The notes under the pieces are model-generated. The model was not told the DNA's origin, did not search any database, and saw only the letters and a program-made list of their open reading frames with translations. Made by a program: the position numbers and the translations under genes. From Dipteris shenzhenensis (taxonomy: Eukaryota): 64,000 bases of DNA. Location of the stretch: the NCBI GenBank assembly GCA_047967505.1, contig CM106538.1; one strand, written 5' to 3'. Positions 51,801 through 62,259 of the stretch are shown here, piece after piece (position 1 is the stretch's first letter; every line of letters begins with the position of its first letter).

Positions 51801-52856
51801 ACAAGAAGAAAGGGACCTCTTTCGTACACACCACGGATCTCATGTGCCATACCCTCAGCATCTAAGAGCACTTCCAAAGGATATTCATTGGATTGGCTAC
51901 TTGATGAAATGGAGAAAGCAGAGAAAGACGAGGGGATGCATATCACAATGGAAGAATGGGAGTATGCTAGGGGATGCATGAGCAAGGTCGGTATATAGAA
52001 TGTTATGCATAAGTTAGGAGCTTTCAATAATTTAGATTGCTTATTTAATTGATTTTTTCTTGGTGTAGTGCACTATGTTCAATGCTATATGGTGTGAGGG
52101 CAAGCATTTTCGAACACAACGGATTGATGATAAGAGAAACACACAAGATTGCGGCGTCATTGCTAGCTTTGAGGGAGCCAATGGAGTCATGGATGATTAT
52201 TGTGGCATAATCCAAGATATCATTATGCTTGACTTTTGACGCTTCTTTGTGTATGTTTTGGATGTAAAGTGGTTTAAGGACGTGGTGGAAAGAGGCCCTA
52301 ATGCAACAATCAAACGCCATGCAAGTGGCTTTGTAACTATTGACTCCACAAAGTTTTGGCAAAGTAGGAAGGACACACTAATACTACCGCAACAATGTGA
52401 ACACGTACTGTGCACACACATAAAAATACTCGCTTTTAAATATTTGATGCAAGATCAAAAGTAACAGGATTGTATTTGTGTTTGAATTAGGTTGTCTATC
52501 AACCAATGGTGGATAATAATAGGTGGTGGCATGTCATACCTATTATGCCACGTTCCAAAGTGATGTATAGTACATTAAATACTAATATGGAGCGTATGGA
52601 GGATGATCATGGCCATGGACATGATGATGACCGTGATACAAGAGAGGAGGATGATCATGAGATAGGAGATATAGATATTGAGGTCGGCATTACCCGTGAG
52701 GATGAGCCTACCATTGGAGATCTTGATTTCGATGAGCACATGCGTGGCACAAGTAGTAGTGGGTTGAATGTATTTGTAGATCTAAACACTTGTTTGGATT
52801 TTGAAGTAGATAGTTTGGCAAGGGTTGATCTCATTGAGGATGAGATTGAACCGTAG
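48866..52856 (+). pseudogene. Multi-exon TnpD transposase of family 2, disrupted
   Basis: IHACVNDCVLFR...CPTCGEARY, LGLGMDGVNPF, HDFPGYG, LDPMHIFKNV, GLKSHDWH, WLFFLERFMKTLKGFV...PEGSMAEG. Premature stop at 50260 and frameshift near 51885. Confidence 0.92.
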
Positions 52857-53299
52857 CCCCACAATTGATATTGGCAAAACTATTTTACATATTGTCTCAT
52901 TCTCCTCATTTCCCTTAATTCTTGTATATGTGGGCTTGCAAAAAATTATGTGCTTTGGTAATCATGGGCAATGTTTGGAAAGCAATGATATACACCAAAA
53001 TCTCACTTTCTGTATTCTCTGGAGCGCATCTAACAACGCGTCTAAATGCGCGTCTGATTCTCAGTGTAAACGCGCAAATACACGCGCAAATAGACGCGCT
53101 AATAAACGGGATGTTAGACGGGCCCGTATTTTCTCAGGTCTAACGCGCAAATAAACGCGGTGATTGATGCACAAATAGACGAGCATTTAGCCGCGCTAAT
53201 AGACGCACCCGTAATTTCTCTACTAGAGCAATGCCTATAGACACGCCCGCTATTTTGCGCATCTACCAAGTGCGTCTATAGTTGCTTTGTGTTGTTGTG

Positions 53300-55782
53300 C
53301 ACGAGGTATTCTTGATTTGATTCATACAGATGTATGGGGTTATGCCCAGACCCACAGCATCAATGGTTCACTTTATTACTTGACCTTCATCGACGACTAC
53401 AACAGATATTGTTGGGTCTACTTTTTGAAAGAGAAATCTGAAGTGTTTGCCAGATTTCAAGAATTCAAAGCCATGGTAGAAAACCAAACAGGCAGAAAGA
53501 TTAACGTCATGAGATCGGATAGAGGAGGTGAATACATGTCTTCAGCATTCATGAACTTTTGCAAAAATCATGGCATTCGAAGACAATTCACATGTGCAGA
53601 TACTCCTCAACAAAATGTAAGAGCTGAAAGGAAGAATGGGACTTTAGCAGACAGTGCTAGAGCAATGCTTAGTGAAAAGCATCTTCCGAATCAGTATTGG
53701 GCAGAAGCAATAGCTACAGCTAACTACTTGTTTAATCGGCTTCCTACCGAACCGATACAAGGTATGACTCCTTATGAAGCATTCACTGGACACAAGCCAC
53801 GCATTGGGCATCTCCGCATATTTGGTTGCATAGCATATGCCCACATACATGATGATCATCGCAGGAAATTGGATGCAAAGTCATGCAAATGCATCATGGT
53901 TGGCTACAGTGAAGAAAGCAAAGCATACAAATTGTATGATCCCATCAACCGCAAAGTCATTATCTCCAGAGATGTAATCTTCGATGAGGAATCAGAATGG
54001 AAAACCTCACCTACACAGGAGATTGAAGCATCGACTTCACAGTCATCTACAGAACAGGTTGATGAAGAAGAGCAAGAATTGCCAGCAACACCCCAAGCAG
54101 TGCCACAGCAGCTCAGACGGTCTACTAGGGAAAGCAGACCACCAGCCAGATTGACATATGCTCAGAAAGGCAAAGCAATTCAGGTGGAAACCACCAACTA
54201 TGCTCTTATGACTACCATCATGGCTACAGAAGAGCCAATGTACTTCGAAGACGCAGTAGACAAGCCAGAATGGCAAACTGCAATGAATGAAGAAATGGAT
54301 GCTTTGTATAAAAATAACACTTGGGAATTATGCGACCTTCCACCAGGAAAGAAGGCCATAGCTAACAAATGGGTATACAAAGTGAAGTACAATCCAGATG
54401 GTAGTATTCAAAGATACAAAGCTAGATTAGTTGCAAAAGGATTTGCACAACAATATGGCCAAGATTATGATGAGACTTATGCTCCAGTAGCAAAGATGGA
54501 TTCCATACGGTTCTTGATATCACTAGCGACACTCAGTAAATGGAATGTGTATCAGCTCGATGTCAAGAATGCATTTCTCAATGGTTATCTAGACGAGGAA
54601 GTCTACATGCAACAACCAGTCGGTTATGTTGAACCAGGAAAGGAAAACAAGGTTTGCAATCTCAAGAAAAGTCTCTATGGCTTAAAGCAAGCACCCAGAA
54701 GTTGGTACAGCAGAATTGACAAATATTTTGCTAATCTGGGATACATGAAGTCCAATGCAGATCATACTCTCTACTACAAAGTTCAAGGGGAAGATATTAC
54801 TATTGCACTTTTGTATGTAGATGATCTGATCGTGATAGGAAGCAAGGATAGCTTCATCAGAAAATTAAAACAAGACTTATCTGCAGAGTTCGACATGAAA
54901 GATCTTGGACTTATGCACTATTGTCTTGGAATTGAGTTCTGGAGAGATTCAGATAGCACATTCATGAGTCAACTCAAGTATGTTGACAGTCTCCTGAAGA
55001 AGTTTCATATGGCAGATTGCAAGATTGCAGCCACTCCCATGGAACAGAGTTTGAAACTTACTAAAGATTCAGAAAAGCCTACAGTCAATGACAGATACTA
55101 TAGGCAACTCATTGGATCTCTTATGTATCTGACAATTACACGGCCAGATATTTGTTATGCAGTAAGCTCACTAGCACAGTTTATGGCAAATCCAAAATAG
55201 TCTCACTGGAATGCAGCCAAAAGAGTCTTGAGATACATCAGAGGTACAAGACAATTTGGGATAAAATACAGAGGAAGTCATCCACGGTTGCATGGATACT
55301 GTGACAGTGACTATGCTGGAGATCATGAGACCAGGAGATCGACACAAGGATATGCATTTTTCCTTGGTCAAGGTGCTATATCATGGTTGTCAAACAAATA
55401 GCCAACTGTTTCTTTGTCTTCTACTGAAGCAGAATATAGAGCACTCACTACAGGTGCATGTGAGGCTATATGGCTCAGAAGACTATTGTCAGAAACAGAT
55501 TACTTTGATGAGTCAAAGCCAACAACAATATACTGTGATAATCAATCGGCTCAAGCATTGGCCAAAAATCCAGTATATCACTCCAGGACAAAGCACATTG
55601 ATGTCAGAGAGCACTTCATCAAAGAAAGAGTGTTACTTGGTGACATCACACTGCAGCATTGTGATAGCAAAGAAAATGTTGCAGACATCTTTACCAAACC
55701 ACTCGGTAAAGAGCTATTCGAGAAACACCGACTAGCTCTTGGTTTGATGCAGAGGAAGGACATTCCCATTAACGGGGTGTGA
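53300..55782 (+). pseudogene. pol: Copia integrase-RT-RNaseH part
   Basis: LIHTDVWG, RSDRGGEY, TPQQN, YKARLVAKGF, QLDVKNAFL, LYVDDL, IYCDNQSA, ADIFTK. TAG stops at 55198 and ~55399. Confidence 0.96.
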
Positions 55783-55870
55783 TGGAATGTAATGCTCAGT
55801 CCTTCTTCGATTCCCCAGAATCATCATCTTGAGGGAAGGCCTACTTCATGATGTTGATCTTGAGGGAAGG

Positions 55871-56127
55871 TGTTGAGAGTTCACGCTCAACATCATGTGA
55901 TCATGTGTGCATAGCACCATCACGTGATCATATGTGCATAGCACTAACCTCATAGAGTGCTATAAAGGAAAGGGTTAGATCCCCTAACCCTAACCCTAAA
56001 AGGGTTTGTATATATTCTATTTTTTCAACTAATTCTAGTGTACAATTAGTCATTTGTGGTGTGCTCTCTAGCTGTGCCCTCTCTCCTCATCTCCACTCTT
56101 CTCCTCTCCCCTCTTCATATTTTGTCA
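55871..56127 (+). repeat. Copia 3' LTR
   Basis: Preceded by PPT GAGGGAAGG and followed by TSD AACGA. Confidence 0.97.
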
Positions 56128-59100
56128 AACGATTCAAACTCATTTTCAAAGAGACCACATGCTGGACGCAAGTCATTACCAACATTTGGCCAAAATAAAG
56201 GCCGTTCTGCCTTAATATCATCTTCTCGCATTCTTGCAAGGTCCTTTATCAATTGGTAGGTCTTGCTAATTACAACAATAGTGTGTTCCTTCCAAGAGGG
56301 CTTCCAATCAGGAAATCTCTGGAGCATTTCCTCTTTGTATGCAATAAAAGCTTTTAAGCCTTCTATTTCACCTTTGGATTTCTCGCTGAATTCTTTTATA
56401 GGAGCCCATGTTGGATGCATTTCTTTGCTCGGGATTGAAGTTAAGAGAGAGTAAGGTTCTTCAGGTTCCCATTTTGTATCAAGAGAATAGTGTTGCCATT
56501 GCATCACTGGTTTTTCATCCTTTAAGAAAAATCGAAAATAGTGTGGAGCGCTATGACCAATCAGGGCATCACCACCTTTTTGTATGAAAGGTAGAATAAA
56601 GCTCTTCCAATCATACATCCTCTCAACCATTGAGCATATTGTGCCTTCCTTATGGCCACCAACTTGCCTCCCACATTTTCTTATCAAGTCATCCATTGTC
56701 TCCATGTCCTTGTGTTTTAGTTCTCTTGAAACTGTGCTAAATACCTGATCGATATCCTCATGTGTGTGCCCAACCAACAAAAACCCAACTTCAATCTCAT
56801 TGAAGATTCTATGAGCGATTAGCATTGAGCAAAATGCAAAGAAGAGTACATTCTTATTCTCTCGTCTGCAATTGTCTGCTTGTATTCTCAAAGTTGCTGG
56901 TAGGTGACCTTTTTCTGCATGTACATTGTGAATTGCCTTCATAACGGATGTTACAACTTGATTGCTATCATGTAGATGCAAGGAATCAATCCATATGTCT
57001 GCGAAAAACTTAAATCCGTGCACTAACACTCCACATAGATGTGTCCTTAAAAAGTATTTGCCTTGTAGCTTAGGTGGAGTGTTAACGAATCGAGGTAATG
57101 TTGTTGTATTTTGAACCATACCATCTACAATAATGCACATGTACTCATTTGGGTGAGAAATAGGTTGCTCCTTCCAAAATGCATATTTTATTCTAGAATG
57201 TCGAACAAGTCCATGATGAAATTCTCTCTTTCTTTTGTAAGCTTCTTTTTGTTCTGGAGATGTTGCACTCTCAAGTGCTCGCTTTAGATCATCACAGTCG
57301 TTGCACTTTGACATTTTTTGCCTCTTTGGGATTTTAACATGTCCAAAGCTTTTTTTCCAAAGAGTATACAAAGTATGAAAAGATGCCAGTGCATGCCCTC
57401 TTTGCCTCTGTGTTTCTCCAATAGAGTTAAATACTTCTTTTTTGGTCAAACCTATCGGAAGATGCATTTCTGATAGGTGGGGTTGCGGTAAAGCATTTTC
57501 ATAAATGTAATCTTTCAAAATTGCTGTTGCCGCAACCGTTGAGGCTCTTGTTTTGGGCCTTCCTATGTTTCCATGAATGTTAAATTTAACTCCATACTTT
57601 GCTTTATTAGCCAAATTCCAATATGTGCCATGTGATAATACTGTAATAATGCGATATGCATTATTGCATATACTTTTTCCATTTATAAGAGGCCTTATTT
57701 GATGTCCTGAACTTCGCCTTCTCTTATCATTTACAAGAAAGCAAGACAATCTCGTGAGTAGGTATTCATTTCTTCTACTTCCTTTCCTTTGCTAGACATG
57801 TTCTCTACAACCCTTGATGTCATGTAAGTTAATGGATCGCATACATGTATGCTTACAGCATGTAGATCGCATTGCTTTTAGCATAACATCTTCATTCATT
57901 ACTCTTATTCTCTTTGGTTGCTTTTCTGGATCTGCCTGCACTCGTTGTCTTTTCATGCATCTGTATGTCCGTTTTGGGACCTTCTGTACATTCTTATTTG
58001 GATTTGTGTAGTTCTCCTTGTAATATTTATTTGTCACATTGTTTTCATGAGATGTTGCATCCTTGATCTTATCACTCTGACAGTCAAATACTAAATATTC
58101 CTTTGTTGATGTCATCCTTGCTTTTGATACATTTGTCAAACCATTTGTAACATTTACAAGTTCGCAATCAAAGTCAAACACCGAATAGTCCTTTGTTGAT
58201 CTCATCCCTACTTTTGATACAATCGTAGAACCACTTGTCACAATGGCATTAGAGTGTCCCGAATGATCTTCAAACTCATCTATTCCTGAGAGAACATCAC
58301 TCATTGATGCACTTTCTATGGATTTCATAACTCCATAGTCAGTGGTGATAGAGTGTCTAGAATTATCTTCAAACTCATCTATTCTTGAGAGAACATCGCT
58401 CATTGATGCACTTTCTATGGATTTCATAACTCCATAGTCTTGAAACTCTTCTACTCCAGAGAGAACATCACTCATTATACTATCGTGCATGATTTCCATA
58501 ATTCCATAGTTACCTGCTTTGACTCCAAGAACTTTATCAATATCCATGAAGCCATCCATGCTTGAAGATATAACACTTTTGACATCTTTGCCCAAGTTCT
58601 CAATGTGCATGAACTCATCCACCCCGGATAAGGCATCACTTGTGAAATATTTTTCTTTCTCGGTAACAATGAACTCATCGACTTCTGATAAGACGTTAGT
58701 GCTATAGTTGAGTGCATTGGAATCATCCATCTCTGAAGGAATAGAGCTTGGTACATTGGCATATTCTTTCAATTCTTTGATATTGTAGTATACATTATGT
58801 TTATCATTAAAAACCACATCCCGAGTCTTTCCAATCTTTAAAAATTGCAAGGTCCATCTCAAATCCTTACCTACCTCATAGTAGGGACCATCCAATGACA
58901 TTGAGTTATCATCCATACCATCATCAGTAACTTTTTGAATTCTCATCTGCGCAAATGTCCAGTGTTCAACTTGTTCAAATCCCAAGACTTGACCTTCTGC
59001 TACATACTTATTTGTAAATGATAACATATGTAAAATATCTCCCACTCTAAAATCCAAAGATATGCACTTTGTATTCCTGATGACATGTGTTGGATAAGTC

Positions 59101-59363
59101 TCATCTCTATCCCATGCAATAAATGCTTTGTTGGAAGTATTATAGGGCATAACATCTCCAAGGATTTCCATATCCCCACACTTATGCTTTAGCTCAACAT
59201 GTGCACTAAGAATCCTTGATACGATAACCGCCACCTTATCTTCGCCAAGTCTTCTAAAGTGACAAATAGAATTTGGATCACTTTCATGGATTGTAGCAAA
59301 TGCAACTACTTCTCTTTTGCAACATAAAATCACCTCCATCCCCGGAATAAATTCTGTAGCCAT
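56128..59363 (-). pseudogene. DDE-type transposase (DUF7869/Sola1-like), copy 2, main part
   Basis: Two 544-aa ORFs in one frame, separated by a single TAG (TGG in copy 1). KMSKCNDCDDL, IVDGMVQN, IQADNCRRENKN, GHTHEDIDQVF. Confidence 0.8.
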
Positions 59364-59497
59364 CTCCTTTGTGAGTTTCCTTTGCAAACAAGCTGTAACA
59401 ACCATTATAAAGAACATTAGTCTCAATAATCTACTTTATTAATGATTTAAAAATCCAGAACTTATTTGAAAATTTAATTAGACACTAACCAATAACA

Positions 59498-60600
59498 ACC
59501 CTAAACCCTAAACCCTAAACCGTAAACCAAAACCACCCTAAACCCTCAACCCTAACCAATAACAACCCTAAACCCTAAACCCTAAACCCTAAACCCTAAC
59601 CCCCAAACCCTAAACCCTAAACCCTAACCCCCAAACCCCAAACCCTAACTCTAAACCCTAAACCCTAAACCCTAAACCCTAAACCCTAAACCCCAAACCC
59701 TAAACCCTAAACCCCAAACCCTAAACCCTAACTCCTAAACCCTAAACCCTAACTCCCAAACCCTAAACCCTAAACCCTAAACCCTAAACCCTAAACCCTT
59801 AACCCTAACCACCAAACCCTAAACCCTAAACCCTAACCCCTAAACCCTAAACCCTAACTCCCAAACCCTAAAACCTAAACCCTAAACCCTAACTCTTAAA
59901 CCCTAAACCCTAAACCCTTAACCCTAACCCCCAAACCCTAAACTCCAAACCCTAACTCCTAAACCCTAGACCCTAAACCCTAAACCCTTAACCCTAACCC
60001 CTAAACCCTAAACTCTAAACCCTAACCCCCAAACCCTACACCCTAACTCCCAAACCCTAAACCCTAAACCCTAGACCCTAACTCCCAAACCCTAAACCCT
60101 AAACCCTAAACCCCAAACCCTAAACCCTAAACCATAAACTCTAACTCCCAAACCGTAAACCCTAACCCCCAAACCCTAAACCCTAAACCCTAAACCCTAA
60201 ACCCTAACTCCCAAACCCTAAACCCTAAATCCTAAACCCTAAACCCTAACTCCCAAACCCTAAACCCTAAACCCTAAACCCTAACTCCTAAACCCTAATT
60301 CCTAAACCCTAAACCCTAAACCCCAAACCCTAAACCTTAAACTCTAACTCCCAAACCCTAAACCCTAACCCCCAAACCCGAAACCCGAAACCCTAAACCC
60401 TAACCCCCAAACCCTAAACCCTAAACCCTAGACCCTAAATCCTAAACCCTAACCCCCAAACCCTAAACCCTAAACCACCAAACTCTAAACCCTAACCCCC
60501 AAACCCTAACCCTCAAACCTTGAACCCTAAACCCTAAACCCTAACTCACCAAACCCCAAATCCTAAACCCAAACCACGAAATCCTAAACCTTAAATCCTA
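59498..60600. repeat. Interstitial degenerate telomeric array (CCCTAAA)n, ~1.1 kb
   Basis: Arabidopsis-type heptamers with CCCCAAA, CCCTAAC and CTCCCAAA variants. Confidence 0.97.
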
Positions 60601-60669
60601 TGAGTGTCTTCAAGTAATATCATTTATTTAAGTAATAGTTTTAATTAGAATTCATTAGTAATAGTGGAA

Positions 60670-61680
60670 TTGATAGTTGGGAGGGTGGTAGTGGGAGAAA
60701 GGGAGAGTGGGAAAGTGGAGAAAGGGAGTATGGGAGGGTAGTACTGGGAGAAAGGGAGAGTGGGAGAGGGAGTGGGAATGGGGGCGGTGGGGGTGGGGGT
60801 GGGGGTGGGAGGATGGGAGTGGGAGTGGGAGAGGGAGTGGGAATGGGGGAGGTGGGGGTGGGGGTGGGGGTGGGAGGATGGGAGTGGGAGTGGGAGAGGG
60901 AGTGGGAATGGGGGAGGTGGGGGTGGGAGTGGGAGAATGGGAGTGGGAGTGGGAGAGGGAGTGGGAATGGGGGAGGTGGGGGTGGGGGTGGGAGAATGGG
61001 AGTGGGAGTGGGAGAGGGAGTGGGAATGGGGGAGGTGGGGGTGCGGTGAGGGTGGGAGGATGGGAGGATGGGAGTGGGAGTGGGAGGGGTGGGGAGTGGG
61101 AGTGGGAGGATGGGAGTGGGAGAGGGAGTGGGAATGGGGGAGGTGGGGGTGGAAGTGGGAGGGGTGAGGTGGGAGGATGGGAGTGGGAATGGGGGAGGTG
61201 GGGGTGGAAGTGGGAGGGGTGGGGTGGGAGGATGGGGGAGGGAGTGGGAATGGGGGAGGTGGGGGGGGTGGGAAAATGGGAGTGGGAGTGGGAATGGGGG
61301 AGGGGGGGGGTGGGAAAATGGGAGTGGGAGTGGGAGTGGGAGAGGGAGTGGGAGGATGGGAGTGGGAGGGGTGAGGTGGGAGGATAAGGGTGGGAGAATG
61401 GGAGTGGGAGAATGGGAGTGGGAGTGGGAATGGGGGGGGAGGGGTGGCGGTGGGAGGATGGGAGTGGGAGTGAGAGGTGTAGGTGGGAGGATGGGAGTGG
61501 GTGGGAGAATGGGAGTGGGAGTGGGAATGGGGGAGGTGGGGGTGGGGTGAGGGTGGGAGTGGGAGGGGTGGGGTGGGAGGATGGGAGTGGGAGAGGGAGT
61601 GGGAATGGGGAAGGTGAAAGAATGGGCGTGGGCATGGGAGTGAGAATGGGGGAGGTGGGGTGGGAGCTCGGGGGGGTCAC
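60670..61680. repeat. G-rich (GGGAGT/GGGGGT/GGGAAT)n array, G-quadruplex-prone
   Basis: Direct reading. Confidence 0.92.
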
Positions 61681-62062
61681 TCATCATATGTAACCCTATC
61701 ACGTGAGTTCAACAGAAGGATATTTTTTATTCCTAAAATTTACAGAAATAAATATACATAAGGGACTATTTAAAATAGTTTTGGAAAAAATTTACAGATT
61801 TGTATAGAAAAGGGGTACATTTTATTTATGAAAAAATTTACAGATAAGGGATTTTGAATATAGGCCTTGAACGCACGTGATATAGAGGGTTTATACATAG
61901 TGAACCCCCCGAGGGTGGGAGGATGGGGGTGGGAGTGGGAGTGGGAATGGGGTGGGAGGATGGGAGTGGGTGGGAGAGAGAGAGAAGATAATCTAATAGA
62001 GAGGCCAATGGGAGAGGAGATAATGTTATAGAAGGACCAATGAGAGAGAAGCACTTAAAACC

Positions 62063-62198
62063 CTAGTTTTTCTTATATATACTCTCCTTCTCTCATTGTT
62101 TCTCTCATTTCAACAAGGAAGAGCAAGAGGAGAAGCAAAAAGAGGAGGAAGAGCAAAAGCAAGCACAAGCATAGTTTTCAACTTTTTTCCAGGTACTT
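62063..62198 (+). promoter_or_regulatory. Putative TATA box, 5'UTR exon and donor of the divergent gene in element copy 2
   Basis: Inverted match to 27791-27917; donor CCAG|GTACTT at 62193. Confidence 0.6.
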
Positions 62199-62259
62199 TT
62201 TTTAAAATTTGTATTCTTTGAAATTTTATTATAGAGAGAGAACTTAGAGAGAGAAAAGT

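Larger units (their letters stand above)
45675..53299 (+). mobile_element. EnSpm/CACTA-superfamily element, family 2, with CACAA...TTGTG termini (7625 bp)
   Basis: TIRs CACAACAAGACAAAGCA / CACAACAACACAAAGCA (rc), 3-bp TSD CAC (45672-45674 / 53300-53302). ATAGACGCG subterminal repeats, TnpA-like (-) and TnpD (+) genes. Confidence 0.93.
41217..56127 (+). mobile_element. Ty1/Copia LTR retrotransposon, inactivated, with nested DNA transposon
   Basis: 257-bp LTRs TG...CA. TSD AACGA (41212-41216 / 56128-56132). PBS TGGTATCAGAGC, PPT GAGGGAAGG, domain order gag-PR-INT-RT-RH. Confidence 0.97.

Noticed and set aside
59498-60600. True chromosome end
   Set aside because: The array is degenerate and flanked on both sides by element sequence.
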